Assembly (NCBI GenBank): GCA_000165425.1
Contig: CT868659.1
Span: 124,001-188,000, forward strand
Source of the DNA: Paramecium tetraurelia
Lineage: Eukaryota
DNA: 64,000 bases
Direction of reading: 5' to 3'
Under the pieces are notes generated by a model. The model was not told the origin of the DNA and did not search any database. It was given only the letters and a program-made list of their open reading frames with translations. A program made the position numbers and the translations under genes. The stretch's first letter is position 1. Each line of letters starts with the position of its first letter. Below, one piece after another: positions 13,681 to 27,245 of this stretch.

Positions 13681-13849
13681 CCTAATAAATATTTTATATA
13701 ATAATATTTATTGTATTATTGATATTTTTCATTAATTTCATTACTATTTTACAGTTTCTTAGTAAACATATGAAATTTTAGGTGCAAATCTGAAAATTTT
13801 ATTTTGTTTTTAAATTAATTTTAATAAGTCTATCTTTATTGCAATTACA

Positions 13850-14721
13850 ATGGAAAACTTGTTGTAATCTCCTCTTACAGGAAGGACTTATTCTCTTATT
13901 AAGATTATAGGAGAAGGAGAGTATGGGACTGTGTGGCTTGTTTAAAGAGATGATGGATGTAGTCTTTTCAATAAATTCTAGTGTTTTATGCTTGTAAATT
14001 GCTGAAGCCTAAATTTGCAGTTTGGACTATTGAAAAAAGCAAGAAATTCGAAGAAAGAGCCAATCAAGAAATACAAACTTTGATCAAAAGCACTCATGTT
14101 AATGTAGTCAGATATGAAGAGTGGTTTTAGATATAAAATTCTGGAAGATTTGATCGATACATTATATCCGAATATTGTGAAGGCGGTACTCTGTCAAAAA
14201 TGTTGGAAACTAAAGGCAGATAAAGCGAGAATGATGCTTTGCATATTATGATACAATTGGCTGATGGATTACAATATATGCATAATCAAAAGATTATCCA
14301 CAGAGACATTAAGCCTGCTAACATTATGTTGAAATAAGGAGTGCCAAAGTATATAGATTTCGGATTTGCAAAGCATTTTGAAGAGGAGAAGGTAGATCAA
14401 ATACAAACTGTAGATGTAGGTTCTCCTTAATATATGGCTCCTGAGTTATTGGAAGAAAGTGGCTATTACAATTAAAAAGTGGATGTATGGGCTTTGGGAA
14501 TTATTTTTTATTAATTACTTGTGGGTCAATTTCCATGGAATATAGAATAAGCTACTTCATATCAGATGATCTTAAATATAATTTTGGATGATGAAACAAT
14601 CTATTTTCCACCACAGATTCCTATCTCAGAAAGAATTAAATAGACTATCATCTAAATGCTAATAATCAATCCTGATGACAGAATAGATAGCAATAAATTA
14701 TGTTTGATGTTATAAAATTGA
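13850..14721 (+). CDS. Ser/Thr protein kinase (ULK/NEK-like)
   Basis: [33 protein letters not shown]; one 23-nt intron. Confidence 0.92.
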
Positions 14722-14725
14722 TAAA

Positions 14726-16097
14726 TCATTCCAAAACCATCATTTTATCTATTATATTATCAATTGGAAGTTCCCTACTATGCATGTTAAGGATTTTTGC
14801 TTTAAATTATTCGCTGCCATCAATTGTTTTAATGTTTGGATATTGTCTAATGTATTTTGAGTCTAATTATTTCTAATAGTCATGATTAATAGAAAATTTA
14901 GCAATTTATTTGGATTACTTTACCACTTATTGCTATTCCACTTGTTGAGGTTACCTTTTTGGTGGTTCTACTTTTTGACTTTGAGTTTCTTTAAATTGTT
15001 TGAGGAGCTACTCAATCTTCTTAAGCTCCTCATTCAGATGGACATTCTCTTCTGCCTTTTCTCTATTTTATCTTTAGTATCTCAAGATTTTGCTAGTTTC
15101 TTCTTGTTTTAATTATTTTTTTTCAGTTTCCCCTTCTCCAGGATCTTGTAAATCGGCTATGAATTCCTCTCCTTATTCAATGATGGACCTGTTGGTAGAG
15201 ATAAGATTTTTGATAAAGTTCTAGTAGACTGGCAAATCTCTAAAATGAATATTGGATTTAGGATTTTGGATCCACTTAGTTAGATTGTGGTTGATTCTTT
15301 CTTTGATTTGATCATCTGTTAATTTGGAAGTCGATTTAATAATATCTCTAGTTAAAATAAATTTATGGCATTTACCTTTCCTTTCTTTATAGATATTCCT
15401 TACTGGGAATTTGAATTCCATTTTCTTCGCATCTTTTTTGCCATACAGCAAATTCTTGTTTTTGAATTTATTGGTTGGAAATGAGAGTAATATGTCTTAA
15501 TTTAGCATCCTTTACCTCTCCAAACTACAATTTCAGCAATTTATAGGTTTGAGTCTATTCTAGTTGATAGGATTTCTCGCCTTCAACAACAGCCAACACC
15601 TAAGCAATCGCATAGCTCTAATCTTTTCTTCTGATGAGATTGGGTTCATTGATTTTAACAAAAGACCCTTCAATGACATTATCACAATAATGCTTCATCA
15701 AAAGGTAATAAATTTGATCTCTTTTGAGTTGTGCATTTTGGATCAATTTAAAGTAAGTGTCTAATTGTTCATTATTGGGTTCTACAATCATGGGTTTCTC
15801 TTCGACTTTCTACTCAAATTGCGGCTCTTCTTTTTGAAATTCATTCTCAGATTATAAAGAGTCAGATGACTCGGAATCACTAGAAATCTTCTCTAGATTC
15901 ACTTTTTAATTCTAAGGATTTTATGTTTAAGAATTCGACAAGAGAATTGATCTTTTGTATTCTTCCTCTTCTTTTTGCTTTCTAATTTCAGCCCAAGCCT
16001 TTTCCTTCTCTAACTCATTTCTGGCTCTCAGAAACATAGCTTGTTGGGCTGGAGTCATCTCATTGAAATCATAAAGAAGATTTTGTTATTTAGACAT
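14726..16097 (-). CDS. RTF1: RTF1 homolog (Plus-3 domain, Paf1 complex)
   Basis: LKRDQIYYLLMKHYCDNVIEGSFVKINEP..YAIAQVLAVVEGEKSYQL..ITLISNQ matches the Plus-3 pattern. Confidence 0.8.
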
Positions 16098-16109
16098 ATT
16101 TAATAATAA

Positions 16110-17822
16110 TCATTTTTTATTTGGTTTGTTCAACTTCTTGGCATTCTTGTCCTTGGCTTAAGCTCCATACTTTTATTTTAATTTGGCTGTCACCTCCTAA
16201 TCAATATCATCTTCAATTTCCCCATCACTTACATCATCATCCTCCTTATCTTGAATTCTAACTCTAATATTTCTACTAACATTCTCTGGTTTGATGTCTA
16301 CAATATAAACAATAAAAATAAACTGTTATCCCTTAAATTCAAATTGATAAATTAATCAATATGTTCCTTATTGAAATCCTTCCAAGTCTATTTGAAATCC
16401 TAAGCACGATAAGAAGCATCATTCTTAATCAATTGCAAGATGAGTTTCATCTTCTCAACAACCTAAGACAATCCCTCCACTAAAGTATCGTCAGAAACCA
16501 CAATATTAGCTTTTCCTTCTAATTTAAAGAATTCCAATTTCTCATACAAATGTTCAATACCAGCCTTGACATTAACTAATATCTTCTGGACTCTCTCATA
16601 TTTCAATTTAGTTCTCTCACATTTGTTAATAGCATTATTCACATTGTTTTCAATCTACAATACAATATTAAATTTACTTCATCAATTTACTTTCTGGTTA
16701 ATGCCTCTCCTCCCTCATACTTTAAATCATTTAAATGATCTCTCAATTTCTATCTTTCAGTTACTAATTACTCTATCTTATCCTAATATTCTCCCTTAAG
16801 ATCACTCAAAGATTTGCTAGTCTCATCCTAACTAGTAAATTTCTAAATGATATCATTAACATCTCTGAATCCAGTAGCTTCTTTCAATTTATGAAATGCC
16901 TCTTCATAATCAGCCAACTTCTATTTCTAGATATTTGTATCCACATTCGGATTAGATGACTCCTGGATAGGAATATTGGATGTATTATATTCCACCTAAG
17001 TCTATACATTATCCTTTTCTCTTTTCTCCAACTTCTATATAACCTTCTCTCTCTCCTCAATTGCCTTTCTCTTTGCATCCAAATATGTCTTTCTTAATTC
17101 TCTCACTGCTGCCTTCTTGTGTTCATACTTCTTCAACTCAGCCTAAGCCAACTCCTTTGCATGAGTGGCATCGTGTGCCAATAACAATAGCTCCTCATAA
17201 TCATGCTCCTTTCCTTTCAATGATCTTTCAATAGCTGCTAATTAATTATCATATCCAACTCTTTCTTCCTTCAATCTCTTCACTATTTGTTCATAGGTTT
17301 TTCTAATTGATTATGCCTCATTATATTTGATCATCACTTTATCCAAGTTGTTTTCCAATATTCGAATTTATCTCATCAAAGGTGATTCTTCTGGAACTCC
17401 AAATTTAGTGTCACTTACTTCATTCAATTTGTCCTGCAATTGAATCAATCTTTCTTTTTTGGCTTTTGTTAAGTGTTTGGCATCATCCAATTTACGTCTC
17501 CAATAATTCTCATCTTTTATGTCTCCAGACCAAGATATGAATGCCCCTTATGTCTTTGCTAAAGAAGCACTTGCACCCTACTATTTGCAAACTCATATAC
17601 TCTTTTATTTGCAATTAACTCGTCTTACAGTTTCTTCAAATCTCTATTCTCTTTTTTTAATTGTTCAATGATTTCATTGTTCTTACGCTTAGTCTCTTCC
17701 GCATTATTATAAAAATTCTTTCTATCAGCATCAAGAAGTCCAGATTTTTTTATCTAATGTTCCAATTCCTCCTCAATTGAACGTATATTTTATTAACTTT
17801 TTGCTGTTTGAACCCTTGACAT
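16110..17822 (-). CDS. Outer dynein arm docking complex subunit (DC1/ODA3-CCDC151 family)
   Basis: LENNLDKVMIKYNEAQSIRKTYEQIVKRLKEERVGYDNQLAAIERSL..LLLLAHDA coiled-coil signature. Confidence 0.8.
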
Positions 17823-17882
17823 TTTTAATTAAATTTATAAACATATATTTTCAATCCACAATTCATTCAACTATATATCTTA

Positions 17883-18397
17883 ATGGGAACTCTCTTCTCA
17901 ACATTAATTGCCACTCCCCCTTAATTTTGATGATTGGTTTACCCAAATCTGGAAAAAGAACTCTATTAAATTAAATTTCTTGTAAATTCAAACATACTCC
18001 AATTTATTCAGGAGATCTAATAACAGCATTAAAGTATTCTAAATTCAATCTTCTATGTTACCACAACATAGATGACAACTCAATCCAAAATCATGTGAAT
18101 CCTGTTTTTCAGAAAATAGAAGCTCTTATCTTTGTAGTAGATTCATCAAACCTTGCAGATTTAAACAATTCTCATGTGTTATTGCAATCTCAATTAAATT
18201 AACTCAAAGGAATACCAATTCTACTTATTATAAGTAAATATCATAAAGCATAAATAACCATATAAGAAATTGTTATTTAGTTTGAACTAATCAAATTGAG
18301 GTAACCATGGTTTGTTCGAACAGTTGGATCTGATGTATCTGAAATAGAAGAAGGTTTAGACTGGCTTTATGATTAAATTAAACATATTAAATAATGA
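17883..18397 (+). CDS. Highly divergent Arf-like GTPase (frameshift just after the MG start; possible pseudogene)
   Basis: ILMIGLPKSGKRT, ALIFVVDSS, EEGLDWL; lacks WDxGGQ and NKxD; ATG GGA is one base out of frame with the body. Confidence 0.65.
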
Positions 18398-18515
18398 AAT
18401 TTAAAGTGCATAGTCCTTTTTCGGATTTTAATCAGTTATTATTTCCTTAAGGAAATTGTAGGATTTTATTAGTTTAAATTAGAAATTTATCAACCATTTC
18501 AAACTATTAATTTTT

Positions 18516-19034
18516 ATGGGTAATCTTTTAGAAAATAATTAAAATGTTTAAAAGTCAAACCTAATGATGGTAGGACTAGACAATGCCGGAAAAACTACTA
18601 TATTGTATTAATTACAAAGAAATAAAGTAGAAACATTGTATCCAAAAATTGGATTTTATCTAGAAAAAATATAATATAAACAATTTGAAATATTTTCTTG
18701 GGATATAGGAGGATCAGATCCAAGGATGTAAATTTATAATCCAAATGGGTTTACTTACAATGGAATCATTTTTGTAGTCGATTTTAATGACAAAGAAAGG
18801 ATCGAATGTTCAGCAACCGAATTTCATAGACTTTTGAGCATGGAAAATTTTAAAGAATTGCCTATTTTAATATTGGCCAATAAAAAAGATCTAATTAAAG
18901 TGAACATACAGGAAATGACAAGAGAGCTTATGCTTGAAAAATTGTCTAACATTTTTCATATTCAACCTTGTTGTGCTGTTAAAGGGGAAGGTTTAGAAGA
19001 TGGGCTAAAATGGATGTAAAAGTAACTTAAGTGA
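18516..19034 (+). CDS. Arf/Arl-family small GTPase, divergent
   Basis: MGN.., GLDNAGKTT, WDIGGS, GIIFVVD, ANKKD, CAVKGEGLEDGLKW. Confidence 0.9.
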
Positions 19035-19299
19035 TCAATAGATTTAGTTTTTTTAAATTTAAGTATAATATAAATATAAGAATATTATTGAGTTATTATA
19101 AGTTTTTTTAAAAGAGAGTGTTAATTAAACAGAAAAAATGTGACCTTCTAAAAATTAAATTCATTTCTTCATTCCTTTGATCTTATGTTTAGGATGGGTT
19201 TGAGCTAGGAGAATAAATATGATGATCGAACCTTACATTCTTAAATAATTAAGAGTTTATCAGTTGACTGCTCAATAAAATTTATTTAAAATTTGAATA

Positions 19300-22200
19300 A
19301 TGAGCCGCGGCAATGAATTGGACGACTTGCTTTTCAAAAGAAGAGATTAAAACTCAAAATAGGGCGAAGACTTGAAATAGATTATAGAGAATATCCCTTA
19401 TCCTCATGCAGATATAACGATAACCTCTTATAGTGAATTCTCTGACAACACACCATAAAAATATCTCCATAAATTAGTGCATACAGAAAATACAGAGGTT
19501 TAACCTCAGAAGTTTAGGCGACATCGAAGTCTCGTAGGAGATGCCTTTGCAACTGATAGCGAAGTTGAATAAAGGGAATTGAAATCCCAAAAAGTGGATT
19601 AAAAAAGAAAACCTCTTCAATAATAACCAATAAACCAACAGGAAATTAAACCTCCTTTGGTACCTCAACAATAATAGCAATTATAAGATTTCTATGCATC
19701 GGGAGGATCTTACTTGGAATCAATGACTCCATAACGAATGAACAAGATTGTAGATTGGTCAAAATAACATGTAACACCAGGTGATGCTAAAAATATCTTT
19801 CCACAAGTAATAGCTCCAAGCATTGAGTTTTCGAATGAAAATTCTCTATCTCTGTAATTTAAAAACGTCGATCCAGAACCAAAGAAGCCATAAATTCTGT
19901 CTCATTAAAATCAAAATAATTAAAACTCTCGACTTGAAAATAGAATCTGGGAAAAGTAGAAAAGGTACATGGAGAGTGAAATTCAAGGAATGAAGAAGCA
20001 ATAAAGAAAATTAGAGAATGAAAATTTAGTATTAGCTTAAAAGCTTGAAGAATAGGAAGAGATAACTAAATTACTTTAAGAAAAACATAAGGATTATTCA
20101 TGTTTAGAAATATTACGAGGTAAATATCTAGAAGTGGCGAAGTAGTAAATGAAATAATTGAAGTAATAATTGGAATTGAAAGATTAGAAATTAAAAGACT
20201 TAAATGAATAAACTAAAGGAATGATTGAAAATGAAAAAAGAATGCAAGAGGCCATAGAATTAGAACTAAGAGAATTACATGCTTAATTGGACATCAAGGA
20301 TCAAATGGTCAGAGCACTTAAAAACCAATAAAACAATGAAGACAATGAGAGATAAAAGGCTTTACAAGAATATGAGAAAACTATGAGTGATGGCAATAAA
20401 TTCATTTCAAAACTAAAGAGTTAAATTGAAACTTAAATGAAAGCCTTAGAAGAGAAAGAATCAATCATCACATCATAGGATGCCTAGATATAAAATTTAT
20501 AAGTCAGGCTTTTAAAGGAAGCTGAGTATAGAAAGTAAGATGAAAAAGTGATTAATGAATTCAAATCTAAAGAAGCATTGCTTTACTAATAAGTGACTGG
20601 AAATACTATGCCAGAAGTACATAATAGGGCTATGGAAGAACTGTAAGCAGAGTGCATCAATTAAAAGATTTTAATTTCTTAGCTGCAAAGTTAATTAACC
20701 TAATAGATGTAAATGCATCAACTATAACATATGACTTCCAATTCTTATAAGGAATGTGAGCAATGCAAATTATGCAAGGATGAATTAGCAAATATCATAT
20801 AAGAATGTTCTCTGGAAGAGGAAGCTAAAACAATAGATGCTACTTAAAGTATTGCTCAGATTGCCAGGGAAGTTGTTACTTTGTTATTAACTAAGCAGAG
20901 GGAACAAATAGATCATGCCTTTTTATAATATGAAGAATAAATTAAAGAGTAGGCTTAATAAATTGATTATTTTAAGGAGTAAAATGATGAGGTTATGCAA
21001 GAGAATCAAAAGATTTCTGATTAAATTTAAATAGTGTTGGAGAAGAAAGAAGAATAAGAATAATAAATATTCGAAGAGTATGAAAAACTAAGATAAATTA
21101 ATTAAAATCTTTTGTCTGAAAATAAAACTCTTAAATTAGAATTGGAATAACATAAATAATAATTAAGAAATGAAACCTAAGCTCATTCTAATGAAATCTA
21201 ATAGTTGAAGCATGAAATTTAAATTAATAAGTAATCCCTCTTGCAGGCTAAATAAAATGAATCAAAATTAGTTGTTCAACAACAAAGCTAATTAAAATGT
21301 GAAGAAAAGATATTGATTAATTAGGAAATGGAAAATATGAAAATTGTTTTCTAAAATTAAATACAAGAGCTATATAACAAGCTTCACAATCAAGATGAAT
21401 AAATTTAAGAATTGACCAAAGAATTATACACAAAAAAAAAATAAATTGATGAAATGCAATAATAATAGTCATCCATTAAGAAGCAAAGGAAAGAAAAAGA
21501 ACAGAAGGAAAGCAAAGAACAAACATAGCTTAAGACTTATGCTCAATAATTAAGCGATCTTAATGATGAGAAAAGTAAATTATTACAAAAGATTTAACAT
21601 CTTGAACAATAATAAACTTATTAAACTAAAAGATTAGACGAAGAGAAACATGATAAATTGGAAAAATTAAATTAATAAATTAAAGAAAAGGACAAAAAGA
21701 ACATAGATCTTTATAATTAAAATAGAACTCTTTAAACTTTATAAAAAGAGCTTGATGATTAAATTTCATCAATGAAGGATGAGATTGAGAAATAAAAAAA
21801 ATAAATTCAACTAAAAAATTCAGAAATTAAATAGTTATTAGAGTAGAATAAATAGTTACAAGACAAGAATTAAGAAATTAATAATAGATTAAGTATTCTC
21901 CAATAGTAAATGAATTAATTTGAAAATGAAATTAAACATTATGAATAGAGTCCATAAATACCAGAAAAATTAAGATCCCAGGCTTCAGTGAGAAGCTTTG
22001 ATAAAACTCCTCATGCTGTCATAGAATTAGTTGAAGGGTTCAACTAATACTAATAGGAGTTTTACCATTTAAAGAAGATGTTTACTGAGAAGTTAAAGGC
22101 TTAAGAATAAGTATTTCATTTCATTTATATAGAATCTGTTGTCTCTGTAATAAACGAATCAGTAAATTACGTAGTAAAATCTGAAATTGATTCAAGAAAA

Positions 22201-22696
22201 TAATGCTTTGAAGGATGAAATATCATCAGCTAGCCATGGCAAAAATTATGAAGATAGAGGATCAGCTTAAACTGGGGATTCTCTTAACATTCGTTCCTTT
22301 TTGGATCAAGATCACAAAAAAACACTTCCATGCAAATCACCTGAATAGCACTTTTCTATTGTTGAATTGGTCTAGCCAGAAATTATGTCTATTGAAGATA
22401 CAATTATGATTTTCAAAGAGATTTTAAGAAGGTCAGTCAAATCTGTAGAAATGATTAAAATGATTTGTCCTTTACCTGAAATTAAGGAATTATTGATGAT
22501 CATTCTATAAGTAGAAGAAAAAATGCAATAGCAAAGTTAGGTTACTGCAAATAAAAAGTCAAAAATCATAAATTCAATTTTGGGAGCATCAAATATAAAA
22601 CTGATAGATTAATCAAGGAAAAAGAGTGCCTGTGGAGGGATGAGGGTTAAACAAAGTCATAGAAGTGAAACAGGAGTAATTGAATTTTATGAATGA
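19300..22696 (+). CDS. Large coiled-coil protein
   Basis: About 1100-codon Q/E/K-rich frame MSRGNELDDLL... ending GVIEFYE*; intron near 22111-22132. Confidence 0.75.
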
Positions 22697-22737
22697 TTTA
22701 TAAATATATCTTTTATATAATTATCATATGTAATTGA

Positions 22738-24189
22738 TCATCTTCCTATAATACAAACGTTATTTTATAATGTTTGGCGACAATTGTCATTTGGTATTTA
22801 AATTAAATAGCCTTTGTCCTTATCGAAGTTATCAACATATGCTAAGAATGCCAAAGGAGCTTATAAAATTAATTTTGAGTTTAACTCGGTATTAGATTCT
22901 TCGAGCTATGTTTTTTTGAGATGAAGAACTGCAATAGTTAATTTAACTATGTTAGTAGATTTTGTTTTCTCAAACATTATTTATTTATCTTCTCTCACTT
23001 GCATTTAATATAGTTCCAATTAATACTCGGGTATCGATTGACTACTCTAGAAAGAAGTATAATTTAATGATTCTAATTCTTTTAGATTATAGGAATCAAC
23101 AACTCCCTTGAGTTTTTCCATTTTGTAAACAATGATATCTTAAATTTTATCAAGATCTCTGTAGATATCTGGTTTGTCAATTACGATGACCATGGTGATT
23201 TTAAATTTTTCAATTAAGAACTTAATCTACTCCATTATTTGATTATGCAAGCCTAAGAAATTTGGACAATTTACAAAGATCCCACTGGCATATATCTCCT
23301 TCTCATCTTTGTCTTCTTGGGATTTCATGTAGATTAACTCACACAGTTTTTCTATTAGAATATTAATCAATAATGTACAATCTTTAACTTTCCCCAGTTA
23401 ATTCAACATCTAAACCTTCTATTCCTTCGCTCTTTCAAGATCTGCCTACAATTTTCTATCTACTTACACACTTAATTCCTCTGTTAATCTATCAAATAAC
23501 ATTCTTTTTGAAATATCTCTTACGATATCCTTATCTTTTCATTCTTAAATATTCATGTACATTAATATCCAAAATAATAGGTAACTCTGTTCTTCTACAT
23601 TTACTCTTTAACACATGTTTGAACTTCAGCTCTTATCGAATGAGGATATTCACTTTATTGATTATCGGGATCAATGTCCACATAGATTGGTTTCCATCCA
23701 TACACTAAACTATAATTGATGAGAGTCTTGCATAAAGTGTCTACCATTAATACTAATAATTACTTTTGCCACAAGAATGACTTCCCAAGACTAACAATCT
23801 AGGACCAATTTTATCAGTTAGCTGAAAAGACATTTGCCTTTAGGCTTAAAATAAATGATTGTCTTACATTCTAAAACATGGTTTATCTTGAGAAAATCAT
23901 GCATCATTTTATGATAATTTAATTCTTCTTCATTAAAGATATATCCTGGCTAATCTTCTTTAGATTTATATTTAATCTTTAATTTTGATTGAACCCAACA
24001 GAATAAAGAAAATGGTTTATGTGGAGGGAATTCATATAATTTTTTCTGATCTTTTTAATTTGTAAATTCTACCATCAATAATTCTTAACCAAAGATTTCA
24101 ACAGCTCCTTCTATGAGGGTCACTTAAACAATATCAGTTGGATCTGATATTCTATAAGCCTCTTCCTCTTTTAATTCAATGATTTCCAT
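22738..24189 (-). CDS. CLP1: CLP1-family polynucleotide kinase / pre-mRNA cleavage factor subunit
   Basis: VTLIEGAVEIFGQEL N-domain; GPRLLVLGSHSCGKNTLCKTLINY; WKPIYVDIDP. Confidence 0.85.
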
Positions 24190-24576
24190 AAAAATAAATA
24201 TTAATATATAAATAAATTGAAATTTTGTAAATATAATCGATTTATAATATGTTATAAATTCAAGAATCAATACAAATATATATAAAACCAATAAGAATTG
24301 AAAGAGAATATTCAAATTAGATCCAAACTAATTGAATTTGAATGAGAAGGATATTTCTAAATTATATTCTAAATGAGGAAATTATCTGAATACCAACTAT
24401 CATTATTTAACATTCAAAATAATTTCTATTTTGGATAAAATAGAGATAACAAATATGCATTAGGCATGATTACTTAATAGTTGATATTAAATTAAATATT
24501 ATATAGAAATATTTAATTAGAAAGTTAAGATTAGTATTTTATATTAATTTAAATATATATAAATATTTGTCAAGAG

Positions 24577-24850
24577 ATGGACCAAAAGCATTTGATGGTA
24601 ATATTAATGATAATATTGTAAGAGATACTTTGTTGAGGAATAATAAGCTTTACATAGAGCTGCTGCAGTTTATGGTTCTGGGTTGGCTATGTAATTAAAC
24701 TTGGAGAGAAACATCCTAGGCGCTCCTGGATAATCATCTTATATTCATTTAGAGATTGCTATGAATAAATTGGAGGACATTGATGAATTAGATTTTATGG
24801 GAAATAAGAAACTTGAACAAGAATTCGTGAAAGGATTTCAATAAATATGA
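24577..24850 (+). CDS. UMP1: Proteasome maturation factor UMP1/POMP-like
   Basis: AVYGSGLAMQLNLERNILG..SSYIHLEIAMNKLEDIDELDFM; 25-nt intron; start codon uncertain. Confidence 0.8.
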
Positions 24851-24896
24851 AACATTAGTATTATTACATAAAATTGGAATTTTTAAGTTATCATCA

Positions 24897-25648
24897 TCAT
24901 AATAATCTCAAGGATTTTCTAAGTTATGTAATATCTGTGTTTATGTGTTCTTCAAAATAAACATTCATAATGAATTCGCTTTTGTGAGCTCTTTTCAAAA
25001 TTTATGGCAAAGTCTCCATTAATTTTTGTTTTTCTTAACAATTTAATTTGAATGATCCTACAAATGCACTTAAAGTTGCTGATGGCAATCCAAGTTAAGC
25101 CATTTCAAACCATTTCACAACAATTTCATCATAGACACTCACATCATACATGAGTAAGACATGTATAAAATCATGAATCTCTTGTTTATAATAAGGATTA
25201 TACTTCTTTATATCTTTGATAGACATATGCCAATTCTAAATCTGGAATGTATTTTACTATTGGTCTTTCCCCACTAGAAAAATCTCTGTCCTTCATAAAT
25301 TTTCCATATTGATGTCTTTATATTAGGAAGTGTAGTAGTACCCAAATGTATTTTCATCTAATTTCAATAATTCTTCTATTTTAAATGTTTGTGGTGTAAC
25401 TCTAGGCTTATCATTAAGTATTCTCTAACCAATTGGATGCTGAAGCATTCTTTAGTGGATGTCCTTCACACAATAATACCCTGATAATTCTCCCAATTAG
25501 GAGAGATGATTTCCACTGATGAAATATTTGTTAAGTAAATTTACTTTAAAGGGTATTTGTATGCATTAATGGCGCATTAGAACAGAGTGGATAGTCTTTC
25601 AAAATTACCTTTTAAGGGAGTATGATTATTAATTAAATCTCTTAACAT
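24897..25648 (-). CDS. COQ4: Ubiquinone biosynthesis protein COQ4
   Basis: [47 protein letters not shown] (HDxxH..E metal motif). Confidence 0.92.
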
Positions 25649-25656
25649 TTTAATTA

Positions 25657-27245
25657 ATGTATATAAACTCTGAGAATTTATTACCAAAATTATAAGGAGA
25701 AGCATTTGGTATTGATATTGAATTTAGTAACAAACGAATTTGTCTCATTTAAATATCTGATGGGAAGGAAATATATTTATTCGATCCAATTGCTTTGAAT
25801 TTAGAGTAATACATGAGAGATTTTTTTTAAAATGATGCCATCAAAATATTTTATAGTGGTGCTCAAGATTTGAAATGGTTGAAAACTGAATATCAAATAG
25901 AAGTTAATAACTATTGTGATTTAAAAGTACTTGCTCAAAAAGAGCCTGATTAAAGTTTAATTGCATTATGGAAGAAGTATTGTGGAGTCTAATTTGAAAG
26001 AGACGACAAGAAAAGATTATAAAGAAGTGATTGGTTTGCAAGACCATTATCTTAAGAACAATTATTCTATGCTGCTCTTGATTGCAAACATCTTATTATG
26101 TTAAGGGATATTTTATTGTAATAATACACGGAGGAGGAAAAGAAATTTATACATTTCTCCACAGACCTCAAAGAACCTAAACTATTGAGATATTTAAAGA
26201 AATAATTGGTTGACAATGAAGATGTTCTTTTACCTTAAAAGATTTATAGGCATATCAAATTTCAAGATCCTTTTTAAACAGACGATTAGAAGGTGATTGG
26301 TTTGATCGAATAATTAACTAAAAAACATCACGAAGATTACAAGGAATAGAAAAAACAAAGGTTTTTACACTTTTAAGAAAAATTTACAACTCATAAACCT
26401 GTTTATAGTAATTGCCGTATATTTAGTTTGAGTGGATAATAGCTATGCTTTTGTGATTAAAAGAAAATTGAATGGTATGTAAAGAATGGGTTAGGAGAAT
26501 ATATGGATGAAAAGAGCATCAAGTTAAGTTTTGATCCTGTTTGCGAATTTGATGAAAAAGAAATGAAATTTTATAATGAAGAAAGGGCAAATCGATGTGT
26601 TGTTTGTGGTGCCTCTTCTAATATATTAAAATATTAAATCATCCCATACATGTACAAGCACAATTTACCTAACCATTATAAATCTCACAGGGCTCATGAT
26701 GTTGTGATCATATGTGCTCGTTGTCACGAAAAAGCATCTGCCCTCCAAGATAAGAAAAGGGCTGAAGTTTGCTTAGTTGTATGGAGTTCCTTTGTAATAT
26801 TATGGGGAGGAGAAGAAAGTAGTTGATAAATTGAATTACATCCTTAAAAAATATGATAATCTTACCAAAGCAGGAAAACCATTTGATTTTGTTTAATATC
26901 AAGAGATCAGAAATTAATTTAAAGACGTAGTTTAATTGCCTGCCGAATTTAACAAAGAGGAGCTAACTTAAATTAATGAAAATTTGAAAAAAGATTTAAA
27001 GAATACGCATGGAGAAACTGTTGTTAAGTAATTAGATACAGATGAGAAAATTGAAGAATTTATAATGATTTTCAGAAAACACTTCTTATTATCCGATGGA
27101 TCCTTAAAATTTACCTAAAGAATGGGCTATTGATCATAGATTTAAAAGAAATTTTGGAGAAAAATCGATTTATTATTAGAAGTAAGAAGCAAGTGAAGAA
27201 AAACAGGAATTAAAACAATAAGAACAACAAGACATATAACAATGA
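25657..27245 (+). CDS. EXD2: EXD2-like DEDDy 3'-5' exonuclease with C-terminal HNH-like domain (two apparent +1 frameshifts)
   Basis: [50 protein letters not shown]-terminal [21 protein letters not shown]. Confidence 0.88.
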
